Source: Tubiluchus corallicola (lineage: Eukaryota > Animalia > Priapulida). From it: DNA of 64,000 bases. The position numbers were made by a program, and so were the translations under genes. The stretch is from positions 1 through 64,000 of the forward strand of contig JAQGDQ010000407.1 in assembly GCA_030141605.1 (NCBI GenBank). Reading direction: 5' to 3'. The notes under the pieces are model-generated. The model was not told where the DNA came from. It worked only from the letters and a program-made list of their open reading frames with translations, and made no database searches. Numbering within the stretch: position 1 is the stretch's first letter; each line of letters begins with the position of its first letter. Shown here piece after piece: positions 21,957 through 35,799 of the stretch.

Positions 21957-22533
21957 GCTGACGTAAATATTGCGTAAGCAAAGGACCAAATATTCAAAGA
22001 AATGACTTCAAAGTTGTCAAAGTTATGTGCAAAAACTAACAGCACTGTTCAGTTAACAACTAGACCAGTAAAAAATGGGCATTAATGCTTATAAAGAGCA
22101 AATCAAAACTTCAATAAGCCAAGAAAGTGAGCATACGCCACCAGGTAAATGTTACAACCATGCAAAGTGAACATCAACAATTTCTGTACAACATTATAAT
22201 CACTATACTACAGGCTGATTTACTAATCTTTTCTGGGTCAAATTATTATTGCCAGCCAGTGAATAAAACTATCTATGCTTGCTGGCCGTAAGGCTATGTG
22301 CAAAACAAGTTCTATTAGCACTACCCTGGCTTCTCTACACGTATGTAAAGCTAGCACAAAATTTAAGCAAAACGAAACTGTACTAAATGCAACGTGAAAA
22401 ATACCAAATTTATGTTTGCATCGGAATATAATTTCCGCAATAGGTTCAAGAAAACTACTTGTTCAAAATGCCTCTCCCTAATTTAAAGGCTTATACAAGG
22501 CACAGAGTAAAAAGCAGTTATATAAGACCATAA

Positions 22534-22543
22534 GCTGCCACCA
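22534..22543 (-). promoter_or_regulatory. Primer binding site, tRNA-Leu
   Basis: TGGTGGCAGC lies 2 nt after the 5' LTR. It is complementary to the ...GCTGCCACCA 3' end of metazoan tRNA-Leu(AAG/UAG). Confidence 0.8.
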
Positions 22544-22545
22544 CT

Positions 22546-23723
22546 TGTGACGCCATGTCTATAGGTTACGTACTCTGAGTCTCAATGTCTTGAAAAGCAG
22601 GCACGACCGCCCTATAAACGAGGTGTAACACGTGGTTCTGGGGTTCTATAGTGTTAGATAATTTACTATTAGAATCCTGGAGTCGGGCTAAGGCATTGTT
22701 GTTTCATACGGGGGCACGCGGAACCCGAGCCTAGGAGTCTTAATTAGCTAGTAATATTCGATGGTAGATAGAATACCAAACCAACTATTAAGCTGTATAT
22801 AACAAAATTTAATTGATTACTACTTTAACCCGGAGAAAAGAAATAGTTAACAATAACAATTAATCACAGTACAGCAAATATATTCTCTAGACTAATAATA
22901 GAGAAGGGAGGTGTTAGTGGGGGTAGCACGTGCAAATGATGACGCACTCTCGATGACGGCAATCCAACGATGACCATATAGAAACGGAATTATGCTAGCT
23001 AGCAAACGCTGAGCAAAAGTACAAAAGTCTTGTCTTACCAGACACTCCATGAACATTGTGTGAAACGGCAGCTGCTAACCTGTGGGGTAACATCCATGGA
23101 TTTACCACTATGGTTTGCTCCACCAACAATGGACTGTCCACCATAAACTTTAGCGCAGGTTTTCACGACTCCTCGGATAATGACGGTAACGGTAGCCACC
23201 TCATCAAACCAAAACAACGTACTCAACATAGACCCGTTAGCACTGTAAGCAATGGCTGTTGACAAAAGAAATAGTGACGTCTACTGCACTATAACACCGA
23301 CGATGCTAATCGACATTTTTGACTGTCTTTTCACAGACATGTGAAAATCAGACGATGGTCATTTTACGTGACCTAGGCCTTTCAACAACGGCCGACTGAC
23401 TGCCAGGTTGCACGTCTCAGACTATAGCTGTAACGTATGTATCATGTACACTTCATACCTGTACGGGTTTCACACATTTGAAATAAGCCGCGAGTATTGC
23501 AGGTATTGCAGAACACAACCACATGACGAGGGGGGTGTTAGTAGGACTCCTACACTACTACACTAATTACGCTAACAATACAGTACTACTATAGTGACTA
23601 ATTTAATGTAAGCAAATTACACTAGCAAGTGCTACCGCTATCACTATAAAGAACTTGACTGTGAAATGAAAAGGTGACAAACAAGTAAACAAAAATATCG
23701 TAAATAATAGATGGTTTGTCACA
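22546..23723 (-). repeat. 5' LTR (1178 bp)
   Basis: Direct repeat of 15503-16680, adjacent to the PBS. Confidence 0.97.
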
Positions 23724-24062
23724 ATTGTATTGTATTGTATTGTATTGTATTGTATTGTATTGTATTGTATTGTATTGTATTGTATTGTATTGTATTGTAT
23801 TGTATTGTATTGTATTGTATTGTATTGTATTGTATTGTATTGTATTGTATTGTATTGTATTGTATTGTATTGTATTGTATTGTATTGTATTGTATTGTAT
23901 TGTATTGTATTGTATTGTATTGTATTGTATTGTATTGTATTGTATTGTATTGTATTGTATTGTATTGTATTGTATTGTATTGTATTGTATTGTATTGTAT
24001 TGTATTGTATTGTATTGTATTGTATTGGATGAGTTTGGATTGGATTGGATTGGATTGGATTA
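23724..24062. repeat. Perfect (ATTGT)n of about 60 units, then (GGATT)n; right half of the target site
   Basis: Directly visible. Confidence 0.97.
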
Positions 24063-24134
24063 GGTTATTGGTTTATTTATTTCATTTGCATAGTATGCCT
24101 ACTAAGTCAGTTTTGCTAATACATTTAACAACGG

Positions 24135-25092
24135 CATCCAGAAAATATATTACTTGCAAATTTTTTAATTAAACAAAAATTACAAGTCAAAAAGGCAAAA
24201 AAATCAACAGAATAACAATAAATATATACCTCTCATCATAAGAAAAAGTTTGTTGTAAGATTTATGTTTAACTTTTTCTGAATGTGATGTATAAAAATAT
24301 ATTTCCATAACAAAAAATGATATTTTCCAAAATTTTGTGTTTTAAACGAAAAGGAAACCCACTTTTTGCTATTTCTACATGACATAGAAAAATTGTTTTA
24401 TGTGGTTTCTTTCCATTTCAGTCATTTTATGAAAGCCAGGCCGGATTTGGTCAATAGTTGAATTAATTTCGTTTTGCTGAAATTAACCCATTCTAGAAGC
24501 AAAACTTTTTTCAGTTCAGGAACATCTGCACCTTATACACCTGCGTGATACACTTGCTGAAATATGTTCTCCTATTAGCAAAAAAGACTAAGTCATGGCT
24601 GTTTTTTTAAGTTGTGTTGATAAAAATTGAGTTTTTTTCATCAAAAGCTAAGTTTTTTTCATGTAAAGCAGTAAATTTAAAAAAAATACGGTTTCTTTTT
24701 TATTGGAAAAAGATGCAATAATAGATATAAGAATTGAATTTTTAAAAAGTTCATAAAATTATAACAAAAACTTAGGACTAAATTCTTTCTCTAGTGTATT
24801 TGCTAGAACTCAATTTGCACAAAATGAAATTAATTCAGCTATTGGCAAAAAAGGTGGGCTTCTTTTTCGTTTTAAACAGTAAATTTTGGAAAAAATTTCT
24901 TTTTCTTTGTTATGGAAACATATACGTCACATTGTCGAAATGTTCAGAAAATTTAAAAAAAAATCTTACCCCTACCTTTTTTCTCGTTTATGACAAGTAT
25001 ATATATTCGTTGTTATTCTGCTATTTTTTGTCTTTTTGACTTGTAATTTTTGTTTTATTAAAAAATTTGCAGATAATTTTTTTCTGGACCAC
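24135..25092. mobile_element. Foldback/MITE with diverged inverted arms of about 240 bp
   Basis: tccagaaaa..ttgcaaattttttaat..aaaaattacaagtcaaaaag..cagaataacaa is mirrored at 25010-25090. tttccataacaaa and tttaaacgaaaa..cccactttttgc are mirrored at 24844-24920. Confidence 0.75.
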
Positions 25093-25181
25093 GCTACTAA
25101 AAACCGAAATCATGGAATTAGGCCCAGTTCTTAGAAAATATGCAGAACAATAAATAATGCCACTAGCAAGCTAAAGTAAAC

Positions 25182-25190
25182 ATAATAATA

Positions 25191-25262
<72 letters not shown>

Positions 25263-25265
25263 GTA

Positions 25266-25328
<63 letters not shown>

Positions 25329-25346
25329 GTAATAATAATAATAGCA

Positions 25347-25377
<31 letters not shown>

Positions 25378-25378
25378 T
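25182..25378. repeat. (TAA)n microsatellite
   Basis: Directly visible. Confidence 0.97.
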
Positions 25379-26590
25379 CACATTGTAAATGAACTTGAGC
25401 GATAATACGGTACAAAACAGATGGTCAAATTACTTGCGCAATGTAATAGAAGAAAAGGCTTTGATGTTCATGAAAATAAGTGAAATTTCAGAATTAATTA
25501 AATTTAGCCAGGCAGGCGCAAAAATTTTTTGTGCTAATCCTGTAAAGCTCCATTAGTTCCTTTAGTTGTAATAAAATGGTATGTTCAAACGCTCTGGAAT
25601 AGAATGACACTCTGGTATATAACGGCAAAAAGGTTGCAAGCATAAACACCTTGTGCAAGAATAATCTAAGGTCTTCATTTGGCTATTTACAAATAAAGCA
25701 ACAATCTCGATTTAGTGTCGTCTCAGTGTTGGCTTATCTCTCGCTTCACAGAATTCAAAAAAGTGGAAATCAAGTGGAAACCATTTTCGACCGCCTTTTC
25801 CATGTGCTCCCCCTACAAAATATTTAATTGTACCTTAACAATGATACCTTTTAGGGTATAAATGAAAAAAGTTGCATTAGCGGCAGACTTAATTAACCCA
25901 AATACGTCTCTGTAGCCTATAAACATATAAGTAAGTAAGTCGCGAGAGTCACGTCCCCACCCCGGGGACACGTGTAAAAGAAACAAAAATAGTAATGATT
26001 CTCTCTGATCAGTGCGACAGCACCTCTGATAAATAAGGCCATATATACATATATGCCAGCAACAGTGCATATATATACATATCTCATTATTTATTACGGT
26101 GATATCTCACTAATTATTATCGCTCTAATTGCAAGGAATACAGTTAGACCAAGAAGATCTAATTAACTTAATCTAGGCGAACGTGTCTGATATAGATTGA
26201 TTTCACTAATTTTGTGAAGCTTACAGAGTAATTAGGTGATAGACAGCAAGACACAGTCCTCGGGACGCTCTGTATTTTGGCAATGAGAAATCGGTTCGAT
26301 GCGCTCATTTGGCGACAGATTCATTCAATTTTATTTCGTAAGAAAAAACTGTATTATATAACAAACTGCTGTAAATGATGACGAACAACCTTTGCCTTTA
26401 AGAACATGGAAAGTTAGTTAGTACAATTATTAGATTACTATCTCCAATGTATACTGACAGAATGGTGAACCTATTCTCTTTTTTAATGAAAACTGCGTCC
26501 AGTAAACTAAACTGTGCTTTCTTTCTTATCTCTGTTCGATAAAATATCATAAAGCTACATAAAACTAAAATCTGCAAATAGGGATTAAGA

Positions 26591-26850
26591 AAATTGGTCA
26601 GCCTGCATACTTGAAACACGGCAGTTAAGCAGCATCAAGCTTTGTTAGTAAATGGATGGGTAATGTTTTGTGAATGACAATTGTAATGGCCCGCGCATAC
26701 AGGGGCAGACCATAGGGGCCAATTAATGGCAATCGCTGCTAAGTTCGATTAGTTCCTTGGCCGACCTAGGGGTACTAACCGACTGCCCACTAAAGAAACA
26801 GACAATAGCTGAGCGTAGGCAGACTCTACGGGGGCTTACACGTTCAACCC
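26591..26850 (+). mobile_element. Degenerate SINE with a 5S-rRNA-like head
   Basis: cacggcagttaagcagcatcaagctttgttagtaaatggatggg resembles the 5S internal control region (GAAGCTAAGCAG..GGTTAGTACTTGGATGGG). It aligns with 56060-56136. A GC-rich body follows. Confidence 0.5.
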
Positions 26851-27901
26851 AACCCGGGGGGGGGGCTAACATTCCCTAAACTAACAAATAGTACTACGTA
26901 GTTGAATGTAACAATCTAGAAACAATTTACACTTAGTGCATATAAGTAAAGAAAATTTGGTGTCAAAATACGAAAATAAAGCTTAATGTTTATCTGCAAG
27001 TTAAAGTACGGCTCTATGATTTAACCTGGGTCGGTCCTTACAACCATCACTATGCTTTCCAGAAAGGTAGACATTAAAAAAACCTTAGTATTTTAATTTA
27101 ATACAGGCCAGTTTAAAAAACTGTGAAAAGCTTCGGAACTGTTCCGTAAAATGGCTATGTGTATTTCTAACGTGCAAATTTTTATTTTTAACCTAATCAT
27201 TTCTTTGTTCGGCGGTAGTAATACAAATTTGCCGGATATTAGCACGAAAATAATGTGACAAAGTTATAATACACGTGAACGCTACAAATATTTGTAATAA
27301 ACGAAGTTTGGTCATGAACGTTATTTTGATGATTTTTTTAAAGGGGCACAGTAACAGTAATGATAATTTTCATAAATTGTTATGCAGTAGTTGCTGTGTT
27401 AGTCTGCAACTGGCCTATTCAGTTGCTCATAAATGTTATTATGAGCTACCTAATTCATAAAACACCTAATGCATTATGCAACAATAATTTTGTACATTAA
27501 TCATACTACGTTCAAATTATTATATTCATTGATTAATCAAAACGCATTGGATAAAGTGCTAATGGTAAGGTAACTGAGTGAACGAGTGCTCAGCAGTAGA
27601 GCAATAAAATATAAAAAGGAGGTCGATTCGAGAGAATGTGCACTCTCCATATGCTCTGATGTTAAATCATATCCATTAGCTGTTGAATTGATTACCTATG
27701 GGAACGTGTAAAAGCGTTAAACTTGAATTTTACATCTGCGTTGAGTGGTTAATTAAACTCGAATGTGGAGGTGATCGAACATCAAGTCTTTTCAAACTTA
27801 TCCTCTAAAATAGGAATTATAGGCTGAAGTGAATCGATTAACTCTAGATGTCAGTTGCTCTTTATCTTGACAACACCGAAACCAAAATATGTCATCAGGA
27901 C

Positions 27902-28479
27902 CAGGGGCGTCGTGCACCAAAAAAAATTAGGGGGGGGCTGTATAGAATAGCCGAATTTTACTGTTTAAAAACCGTATAATTTTAAATTCCCACACCAGTA
28001 TTTTGCGTGCAAGAAAAACGATTTATTTATTCCCAACTCTCATTTAACTTAAAGCTATAGCAACAGAAATTTAATTAAAATTAAAAATTACTTGACTGTT
28101 GATAATGACTAAATTTTTTCTAAGTGTAAGGAGACGCATCACAATTTAATCAGAGAGAATCGGCTTTCTCATCCAGCTAACACTGCAAGTGTTTATATAG
28201 GAAAGGGGGAAGCAATATCATTGGTCCAGTCCAAGGGGCCAATGGCCAATTACCTAGCGGCATAGCCTCGAGAGCAGAGGTCAGTGCAACAATTAGACAT
28301 TAGATTCAATCAAAATCATACCTATGTATATATATAATCGCATATCATGCCTACAGTGGTAGATTTCACCGTTCCTCAAAATTTTACACCTTATTGGTCT
28401 CATTACAAGCCGCTGAAACCCTTAAAATTATTGGGGGACCAGCTCCCCCCCCCCCCGGCCCCATAGCACGACGCCACTG
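27902..28479. mobile_element. hAT-type MITE (578 bp)
   Basis: TIRs CAGGGGCGTCGTGC / GCACGACGCCACTG. Exact 8-bp TSD ATCAGGAC (27894-27901 and 28480-28487). Confidence 0.9.
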
Positions 28480-28724
28480 ATCAGGACTGGACACAGGGGG
28501 ATACATGTAGTTAAGCTCATTAACTCAGTTATCAAGTGGTTGTTACAAAATAAAAGCGATGTAAATTTCGACAAATGTATCAATAATCTTCATATAAATC
28601 AAAGTTTCTGTGAGAAAATAAAGAAAGCTTTGAGAACGCATTATATTTAGAAACGCAAAACCTTGAAAAATATATTACGGTATACTGAGAGAATATGTAT
28701 AGAGTAGTTTATACATCACTTATA

Positions 28725-29852
28725 TAGCCTAAAATATCTCTTAGAGATTACTTTGGCCTTTTAATGAAATGTCTTTGTTTGGCAGAACAGTGTAAAAATA
28801 CCACCCTTGATGTTTGCTCTGTTACTTTCGTGCTTGTACAGTATTGAGGTTTTTAGCTGACCTTGCTTTCACATGTTAAGTTAGAATAACTTAGAGTCTC
28901 TTTACAGTTTTAAAAATTTATCACAAAGGCAGTTGACAAGATTTCTCAACTAGATTTTACTAATGCAATCAGTGGTTGTAAAAGTTTTTTTAACTCATTT
29001 AATACACCTCTCTATGGGCACCATTAGTTGCACGCAGCACATCAAGACGGTACTCGATTTTTGCCGTAGCATAGCCTCATCAATGGTGGTGATGGCATCA
29101 GGAATCCGTCTTTTGCTTCAAGTCAGTAATGTCCCGTATCTTTGTTCGAATCACGATATCTTTCACATAACCCCATGGATCTCTTCCATACTTAGTTCTG
29201 TAGTTTCGCTGAATCTGCACACACAATTTTGTCTCAATAAACCATGATAGACACTGTGCCTTCACTTGAGGGATACCCATTTTCAGTTAACAATACCCTT
29301 CTATCAACAGGAGACCTACATAAAACGCAAATTTCAATGTGATCTCAAACTTAAATAAACGCTGAATAAAACAAAACAAATCTGTTAAGATATCTTGTCA
29401 ACTGCCTTTGTAATAAATTTTTAACTTGTAAACAGACTTTGTAGACACCCTATTGAGTAAAAAATGTATTGCAATATAAATACAGGGTTTGTTTTTTTTT
29501 TTTTGTTCTTTACGAGTAAAGCACTTTGCCCCGTCTTACAACTATTTTTACCTGCAACGATCGCATGGCTTGAAACGAGAAGAACAGTTATGAAATGGAG
29601 ACAGCTGTGAAATATGTACAGTTTTAACAAACGCAATCAGATTTGAATTAGTTTCAGCGATGTAGACTTGCACTATGTATATTTCAAAACGCGGACAGAG
29701 CTTAGTCACATGGTAGAAGTTAACATGTAAAAGCATGGTCAGCTAAAACCTCAAGCACGAAAGTTACAGAGGGCGGCATTTACGCACTGTTATGGCAAAC
29801 TATGACATTTTGTTAAAATGCCAAAGTAATCTCTAAGAAATATTTTAACTAT
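28725..29852. mobile_element. Foldback element with nested inverted arms
   Basis: Outer arms about 28725-28880 vs 29718-29852 (cttagagattactttggc / gccaaagtaatctctaag). Inner arms 28913-28958 vs 29378-29422 (aaaggcagttgacaagat / atcttgtcaactgccttt). Confidence 0.75.
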
Positions 29853-31068
29853 TAGAACGACGACTGCCCAAAACAGTACATGCAAGTTGACACAAGGACA
29901 CTGGTCAAAAGTGTCTGGTCAAGCAGATCACAATTTGAAAACGACAGAAGAGAGGTATAAGTAGAGTGGCACTTGGTAAAGCAAAGACTTCTAAAACGCA
30001 AGGCCGAACAATTATAATCCGTCTGACTTCCCTATAGAAAATAAGCGAATGCCTTTTTGTCTTAGCAAAATAATGGTAAACAGGTTTATAATCAATAATG
30101 CACGAACATTCAATAGTGTCTGCTAATATTCTTTGCCGTTCAATAGGCTAGTAGATCTGCTATATTTTCACAACAAAGCTAGTTTAAGTGAAGTTTAAAG
30201 GCAAAACAATGAATGACGGACGTCTATTAATGGGTTTGTGTAAATAGGTTTCTCAGTGAAAATCGCAAGAAATAACTTGGAACAAATTCATCTTTATAAC
30301 TAGTTCATTTATAGTACGAAATAGAAACTTTGATGCAATGGATATTTAATCATCGTAACCTAGACTTCGTAGCAATAGATTGAACGCGGTGAATGCAGCA
30401 GTCGCAAATTCCAAGATGAAAATGTAGAAGAAACACACAAAGCAGACAGACAGCATGTGGCAGACAGTGAAATCATATACACAGTGGAAAAGTGATTCCT
30501 TTTACACTTTTTACAAAAAAACTGTCAAAAACTGCCTACATCTCACTAAAGTCTGATGTCTCCTTGTCTAGGCTGCATCTTGTCTAATGGGTAGAACGAT
30601 AGGTTAAATTTTAGAAAGTTTAAACCAAACTTTAAACGATAGAAAAATTAGAAATCTAGCAAATTGCTTGTTATGTATATTATACAAGTATAATAATTTT
30701 GTAAAAGTTGAATAATTCTGAATTTTTTCAAGATTTGAAAGGTTTTTGTTACTGCTTTTAAGCGTAACTAACTTGGTGTTTTAAACTTAGAGCAGCAGTT
30801 CCACAAATTACCAGGTTTTGCTCATTTTATTAACACTTGGTTAGTTTTACTAGGTTTTTTGATTACTTAGTACCATAGAATTCAACACTATATACGGTGT
30901 ATTCACTTAATACAAAAATCGATAACGCATACGTTACGCTAAAGCTTGAATGACTTGCCAGTGAACCATAGATAATAATATTACGGCAAGCAGAGGATAG
31001 CTTTATTGTTATTAGCAAGGTCATAGATATGAGGAACGCATTGCACTTTTTTCCCGCTGGCCGTTGGA

Positions 31069-31460
31069 TAGGGTTGAGCATTCTCTACCAGAAAGCGAAT
31101 TCGAATCGAACCAAACTTGTGACTTTCGAATTCGAATCGAACCGAACTTCAGTGTTTCGAATTCAAACCGAATTCGAAGTGAGATTGAAAGATTTTCGAA
31201 CAAGTTTTCGAACCACCAGTGAAAATTAGTCTTTCAAAGATCATGCATATCACTCGATTTTGTTCTGCAATAAAACTACCAGTAATTTGTTTCAAATTGT
31301 GCACAGAAATCACAACAAAATTATGCTAATTGTATGACGTTTCAATCGTTTCAATGGAAAAGAACATTGTGTGACTGAAGTGCTGAATTATTCTAATCTA
31401 CAGTTTTAGGTTCGAATCGAGTTCGAACTCAAAAAACACAATCGAATTCGATTCTCCCTA
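31069..31460. mobile_element. hAT-type MITE (392 bp) with TTCGAA sub-terminal repeats
   Basis: TAGGG...CCCTA ends. Exact 8-bp TSD CCGTTGGA (31061-31068 and 31461-31468). Confidence 0.9.
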
Positions 31461-31969
31461 CCGTTGGATCGCGCAGCGTGACACGCGTTCTACTCACACA
31501 GTTTTTCCACCAAAGCACTTGTGGTGTATAAGACGTTCAAAGTGCTTCTGTTTGCCGTATTTGTAAACGTTTTACATCATTGCTACTTGCCAATTAGATT
31601 CTTATTCTTATAAATTAGTAGCAAGTAAATGGCTGTGCCAGTAGCAAAATAAGATTAAGCTTACGCAATTTGCTGTGTCACCTTATTTTTCTAGATTTCA
31701 ATGACGTATTTGTCCTACATTGTAAACTGCAAAACCAGTTTAAAAGGGCCGCTCTACCCTAACGTGTTTGAGAGAGGATTATAGGCAGACTAGTGATAGA
31801 TTTTAATGGCGTAGTCACGCGCCCGAGGAGGAACAAATCTAATATCATTTTCCTCAAAAGTTATTGCAGAGAAGAAGCTATAGATTAGTAAAAAAATGTC
31901 GTGGCCCCAGGAATTCTCTGCTTGGGAAGTGATGTCTGCTTTTTCATCCTAGTGAACGTCTATCCAGAC

Positions 31970-32115
31970 GTCCATCCGTCCCTACCTCCCTCCCTCCCTC
32001 CATCCATCCATCCATCCATCCATCCATCCATCCATCCATCCATCCTTCCATCCATCTATCCAGCCAACTAGCCAGCCAGCCATCTATTTATTTATTTATT
32101 TATTTATTTATTTAT
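31970..32115. repeat. (CCAT)n and (TTTA)n microsatellites
   Basis: Directly visible. Confidence 0.9.
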
Positions 32116-32577
32116 TCAACTTATTGAGTGACAATAAATGACACTGCGGTTTTAAATCGGCAAAGTTTTGAAGTTCCTGACTCGGCAAAGTGTATGTAAC
32201 TACAATTTTTATCGCACTACAGTTTAAAAGAGTCGATGAAGATATCTGTCAGTCTGCCAAAAATGCAGGTCTGCACTGCAGGCCAGTTTCCCTATGTTGC
32301 CATAGCGGCGCATTGCACACAGCTTTCTGTTGTCACTTGCATTGCTATATTTTATTTCTATGTCAAAAGAAATTGCACATACGCCTATTTCGTTACATGT
32401 AAAAAAATACGTCGGCGACAGCGACATCTCAGTCGCAAGGCAAAAATGAGGCTTCAGGCTTGCTCTTGATTTATCAAATACGCGTAAGCTACCTGCGTGG
32501 CTTCTTGAATTATATACAAAGACGCACTCTTTTACGTTCATCCTTAGCAAACAAACAGTGAAAAAATACCAAGAGTA

Positions 32578-32830
32578 AAAACTTTTATCAGTTTTGTGAT
32601 GTTACAATGTCATTGCGGCATCTTCATCATAAGCAACCAAACAATGAATGTAAGACAATGAATAAGAACAAACAATGAAACCAAGACAATGAGTAAAAAC
32701 GTTTATCAGTTTTGTGACGTTACAAAAACGTTTATCAGTTTTGGGAAGTTACAACGGCATCCCGACACATTCATCACGACCAATCAAACAATGAAAACAA
32801 GACAATGAATAAAAACGTCTATCAGTTTTT
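32578..32830. repeat. Diverged tandem repeat (aaaacgtttatcagttttg / aaacaatgaa..aagacaatga modules)
   Basis: tatcagtttt recurs four times and aagacaatga three times. Confidence 0.7.
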
Positions 32831-34469
32831 TGTAATGACTTCGAGACATGTCGCAAACACTCGTAAACATACTTGCGTTTTCAGGACTAAAATTGTAAAA
32901 GCGAGATTATGGTAGACTTTTGGGGATCGTTTGTTGATAACAAAACCTACCTGGGAATACCATTAGCCCATTAGCTTTCATGCAGCAGAATCTGGGAAAA
33001 AAAACAGGCAGCAGATAGAACTGAGGCGGTGAGAAGTGTTAATGAAAAAAGCAGGTAAAAGTTTGCAAAGTGATTGGGATTAATATTGCATGGGATTTAA
33101 ACACAGACGGTTTTACGTGTTGCCATGCAGTGAGCATTAAAAAAGTAATAAGAGTTTGCAGAACATCAAACAGTTTCGTTAGCTGGCGTCCCTAGGCGTC
33201 TGTAGTGGAAAAGTTTATTACGAGTAAAATTTACGAGTTAAATAATGGATACGTCTTTGGGAGACATTAATTCGCCTAGAAAGATTCAGGAGTGGGTGCA
33301 AATATTAGAGTAGGGCAGACATCACACAGGTAGACGGTAATAACGACACAAGTAAGCAACCAAGCAACCAGCCAAACAACCAAACAACAAGGAAACAAAC
33401 AAGCAAACATATTGGCAAGGTTTACATAGTTACTGCAACGAATTTTTAATTACATAATTCGACATTTCGGAGTGTACTGCAATGTGAACTAAAATTGGAC
33501 TCGTCCAATTACACTATCCAATTTTTTCGTTAAACTAACTTTTAAACAGTCAATTTATTCTACATTCTAAGCAAATTTTTGTTGAGATTGAAGGGATTAC
33601 ACTTGAAAAGATTAAAAGATGAAATTAAACATTTTAAGGAGATAAAATTGGGTTTTTTATGTATAATTTAAAATTTATTGCCCCCAACGGACTAATCAAC
33701 TAATTGCATCAAAAATATAATAAAAAGTATAATATACATTATACCACTGCTACAGAATATAACAGTTTCTGTAGCTAAAGAATATTAATTTAAGTGCAAT
33801 AAACAGTTTAAAATACATGTAAGTTAGTGTTAGAAAAGCTTTGGTTTTTAAGCAATCTATTTTCATATTAGAGGCACGAGAGCAAGATTTAAATATCATT
33901 ACTGTCAGTAAAATGAAGTTCATTGTCTGCTTCCGACTTTACGCAATATTGACATATGCGATTCTGGGAATATCGCCTGGGATTTTTTATATTTATGATG
34001 AAGATCTGTTACATTGTACAATTCATGAGATATTTATCTAATATAGTGAGTTTTCTTATTACCATTTCATTAAGTACGGACAACAAGTAGTTTTCTATTT
34101 TATATTGGGTTTAAAGGTTCTGTAGGTTCTTAACTTCTTAAAATAATATATAGTCATTTGTTTGACAGAGGGTCACATAACACCGTGTAAGCTGGGGACT
34201 GTTGGAGTGTGGGTTCGAGTCCGAGTTAAAAAATGATGAGGAAATATTTACTCCTATCCTCCCTAACTTTGTCATAGCTATGACCTGCAGTATTTCTGAT
34301 CGAATGGCATGTCGTCGACTTTTGTCGTCAACTTTTGCTGCTTGCTAAAAACCACAACTATGCCACAAAGAGCACAATCTTTACTAGAATTTTCAGGGTC
34401 CTTTTCCTGCAGCTAACATCATTAACAGTGATGCGCAAACTACAAAGATGCGCAAAATTAGCTATGGTT

Positions 34470-34737
34470 AAGATGATGATGATGGTGGTGGTGGTGGTGG
34501 TGGTGGTGGTGGTGGTGACGGTGGTGGCGGTGGTGGTGGTGGTGTCGGTGGTGGTGATGGTGGTGGCTGTTGGTGGTAGTGGCGGCGGTGGCGGTGGTGG
34601 CGGCGGCGGCGGTAATGGTGGTGGTGGAGGTCTTGATGGTGGTGGTAGCGGTGGTAGTGGTGGTGCTGGTGGTGCAGCTGGGGGTGGTGGTAGTGGTAAA
34701 CGTTAATGGTGAAGGTGATGATGTGTTGATGATGGTA

Positions 34738-34792
<55 letters not shown>
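34470..34792. repeat. (GGT/GGC/GAT)n microsatellite
   Basis: Directly visible; source of the poly-G/V/H/M ORFs. Confidence 0.95.
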
Positions 34793-34795
<3 letters not shown>

Positions 34796-35799
34796 CATCA
34801 TTTCGTAAAACGTTGGTTATTAATAGGTGCACAAATAAGCTTTGATGTCGAATGGGAGACTTCCGACGATTTTTATGACATTTTTATGATACAAATCGAA
34901 AGCGTGTCAACGTCGTTCCACGCCTGCAAGGAAAAGTACCCGAAGCCGTCATAATGATCAATCTATCGTTGCCCTGTGATCTACTAGGGATTCATTGACA
35001 CATGAAGCCAGTCGTATATATCTTGTATCTCTCTGATCCTGCAGACAGGTTAGAAAGATTCTAGGCATTAAACTCTTCAATGACGCCTCGCATTTAATCC
35101 CTTCAGCTCCAATACGTTGTCTCTTGCTTCACTAGACGAGTCCAATAAATGACGCCTTTGAGTTTAAGTAAGTAGAAGCACTGCCTGAGCATCGCTTTTC
35201 CATTACCTATTAACTTCATGAAGGAGCTCTTGATGTAAGCCGCAGGGAGAGATGCTTTAATGTATACACACATAAACGCAGCATCAGCATCAAACGCGTG
35301 CTCAATGATAAGACGAAAGAAAAAATAACTAAATGAGAGAAACTTATAAGGAGAAGACTGGGCAAAGTTCCAGCTGCCTTTTAAATGAAAATCCGCAAAT
35401 TCCTCGATGGATTATAAACAATGAAGAAAACCGATGAGTGCGCATAAATAAGTAACAGTGGAAATGAATGGAACGACTAAACGTAAGAAAAAGGTTAGTC
35501 GGTCAGCCTTTCAGTCTGCCAGCCATTCGGCCAACCGCTATTCAACTAGCCAGACGATCAGTCAGGGTCAATGAACAGATGAGTAAATGGAAGGGTAAAT
35601 GGGCGATAAAGAAATAAAGGATTAAAAGGAATTAAAAGAAAAGGAAAAGTCCCTGCATGAAATTTATAAATAAACACGCGGAATACAGAATGTGAGAGTG
35701 GCAGAATCAATAAACGAATAGGTGAACGAATAAATAGCCGAGTGAATAAAAATGGTTGAATAACCAAAACAATGAATAAACAAATTAATGAGTAAAAGA

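Larger units (their letters stand above)
15503..23723 (-). mobile_element. Full-length Gmr1-like Ty3/gypsy LTR retrotransposon (8221 bp)
   Basis: Two 1178-bp direct LTRs with TGTGAC...GTCACA ends, a 5-bp TSD ATTGT, PBS and PPT, gag with CCHC, and pol in the order PR-IN-RT-RH. Confidence 0.97.

Noticed and set aside
34190-34230. tRNA gene suggested by the B-box GGTTCGAGTCC
   Set aside because: No A-box spacing or cloverleaf; at most a decayed SINE fragment.
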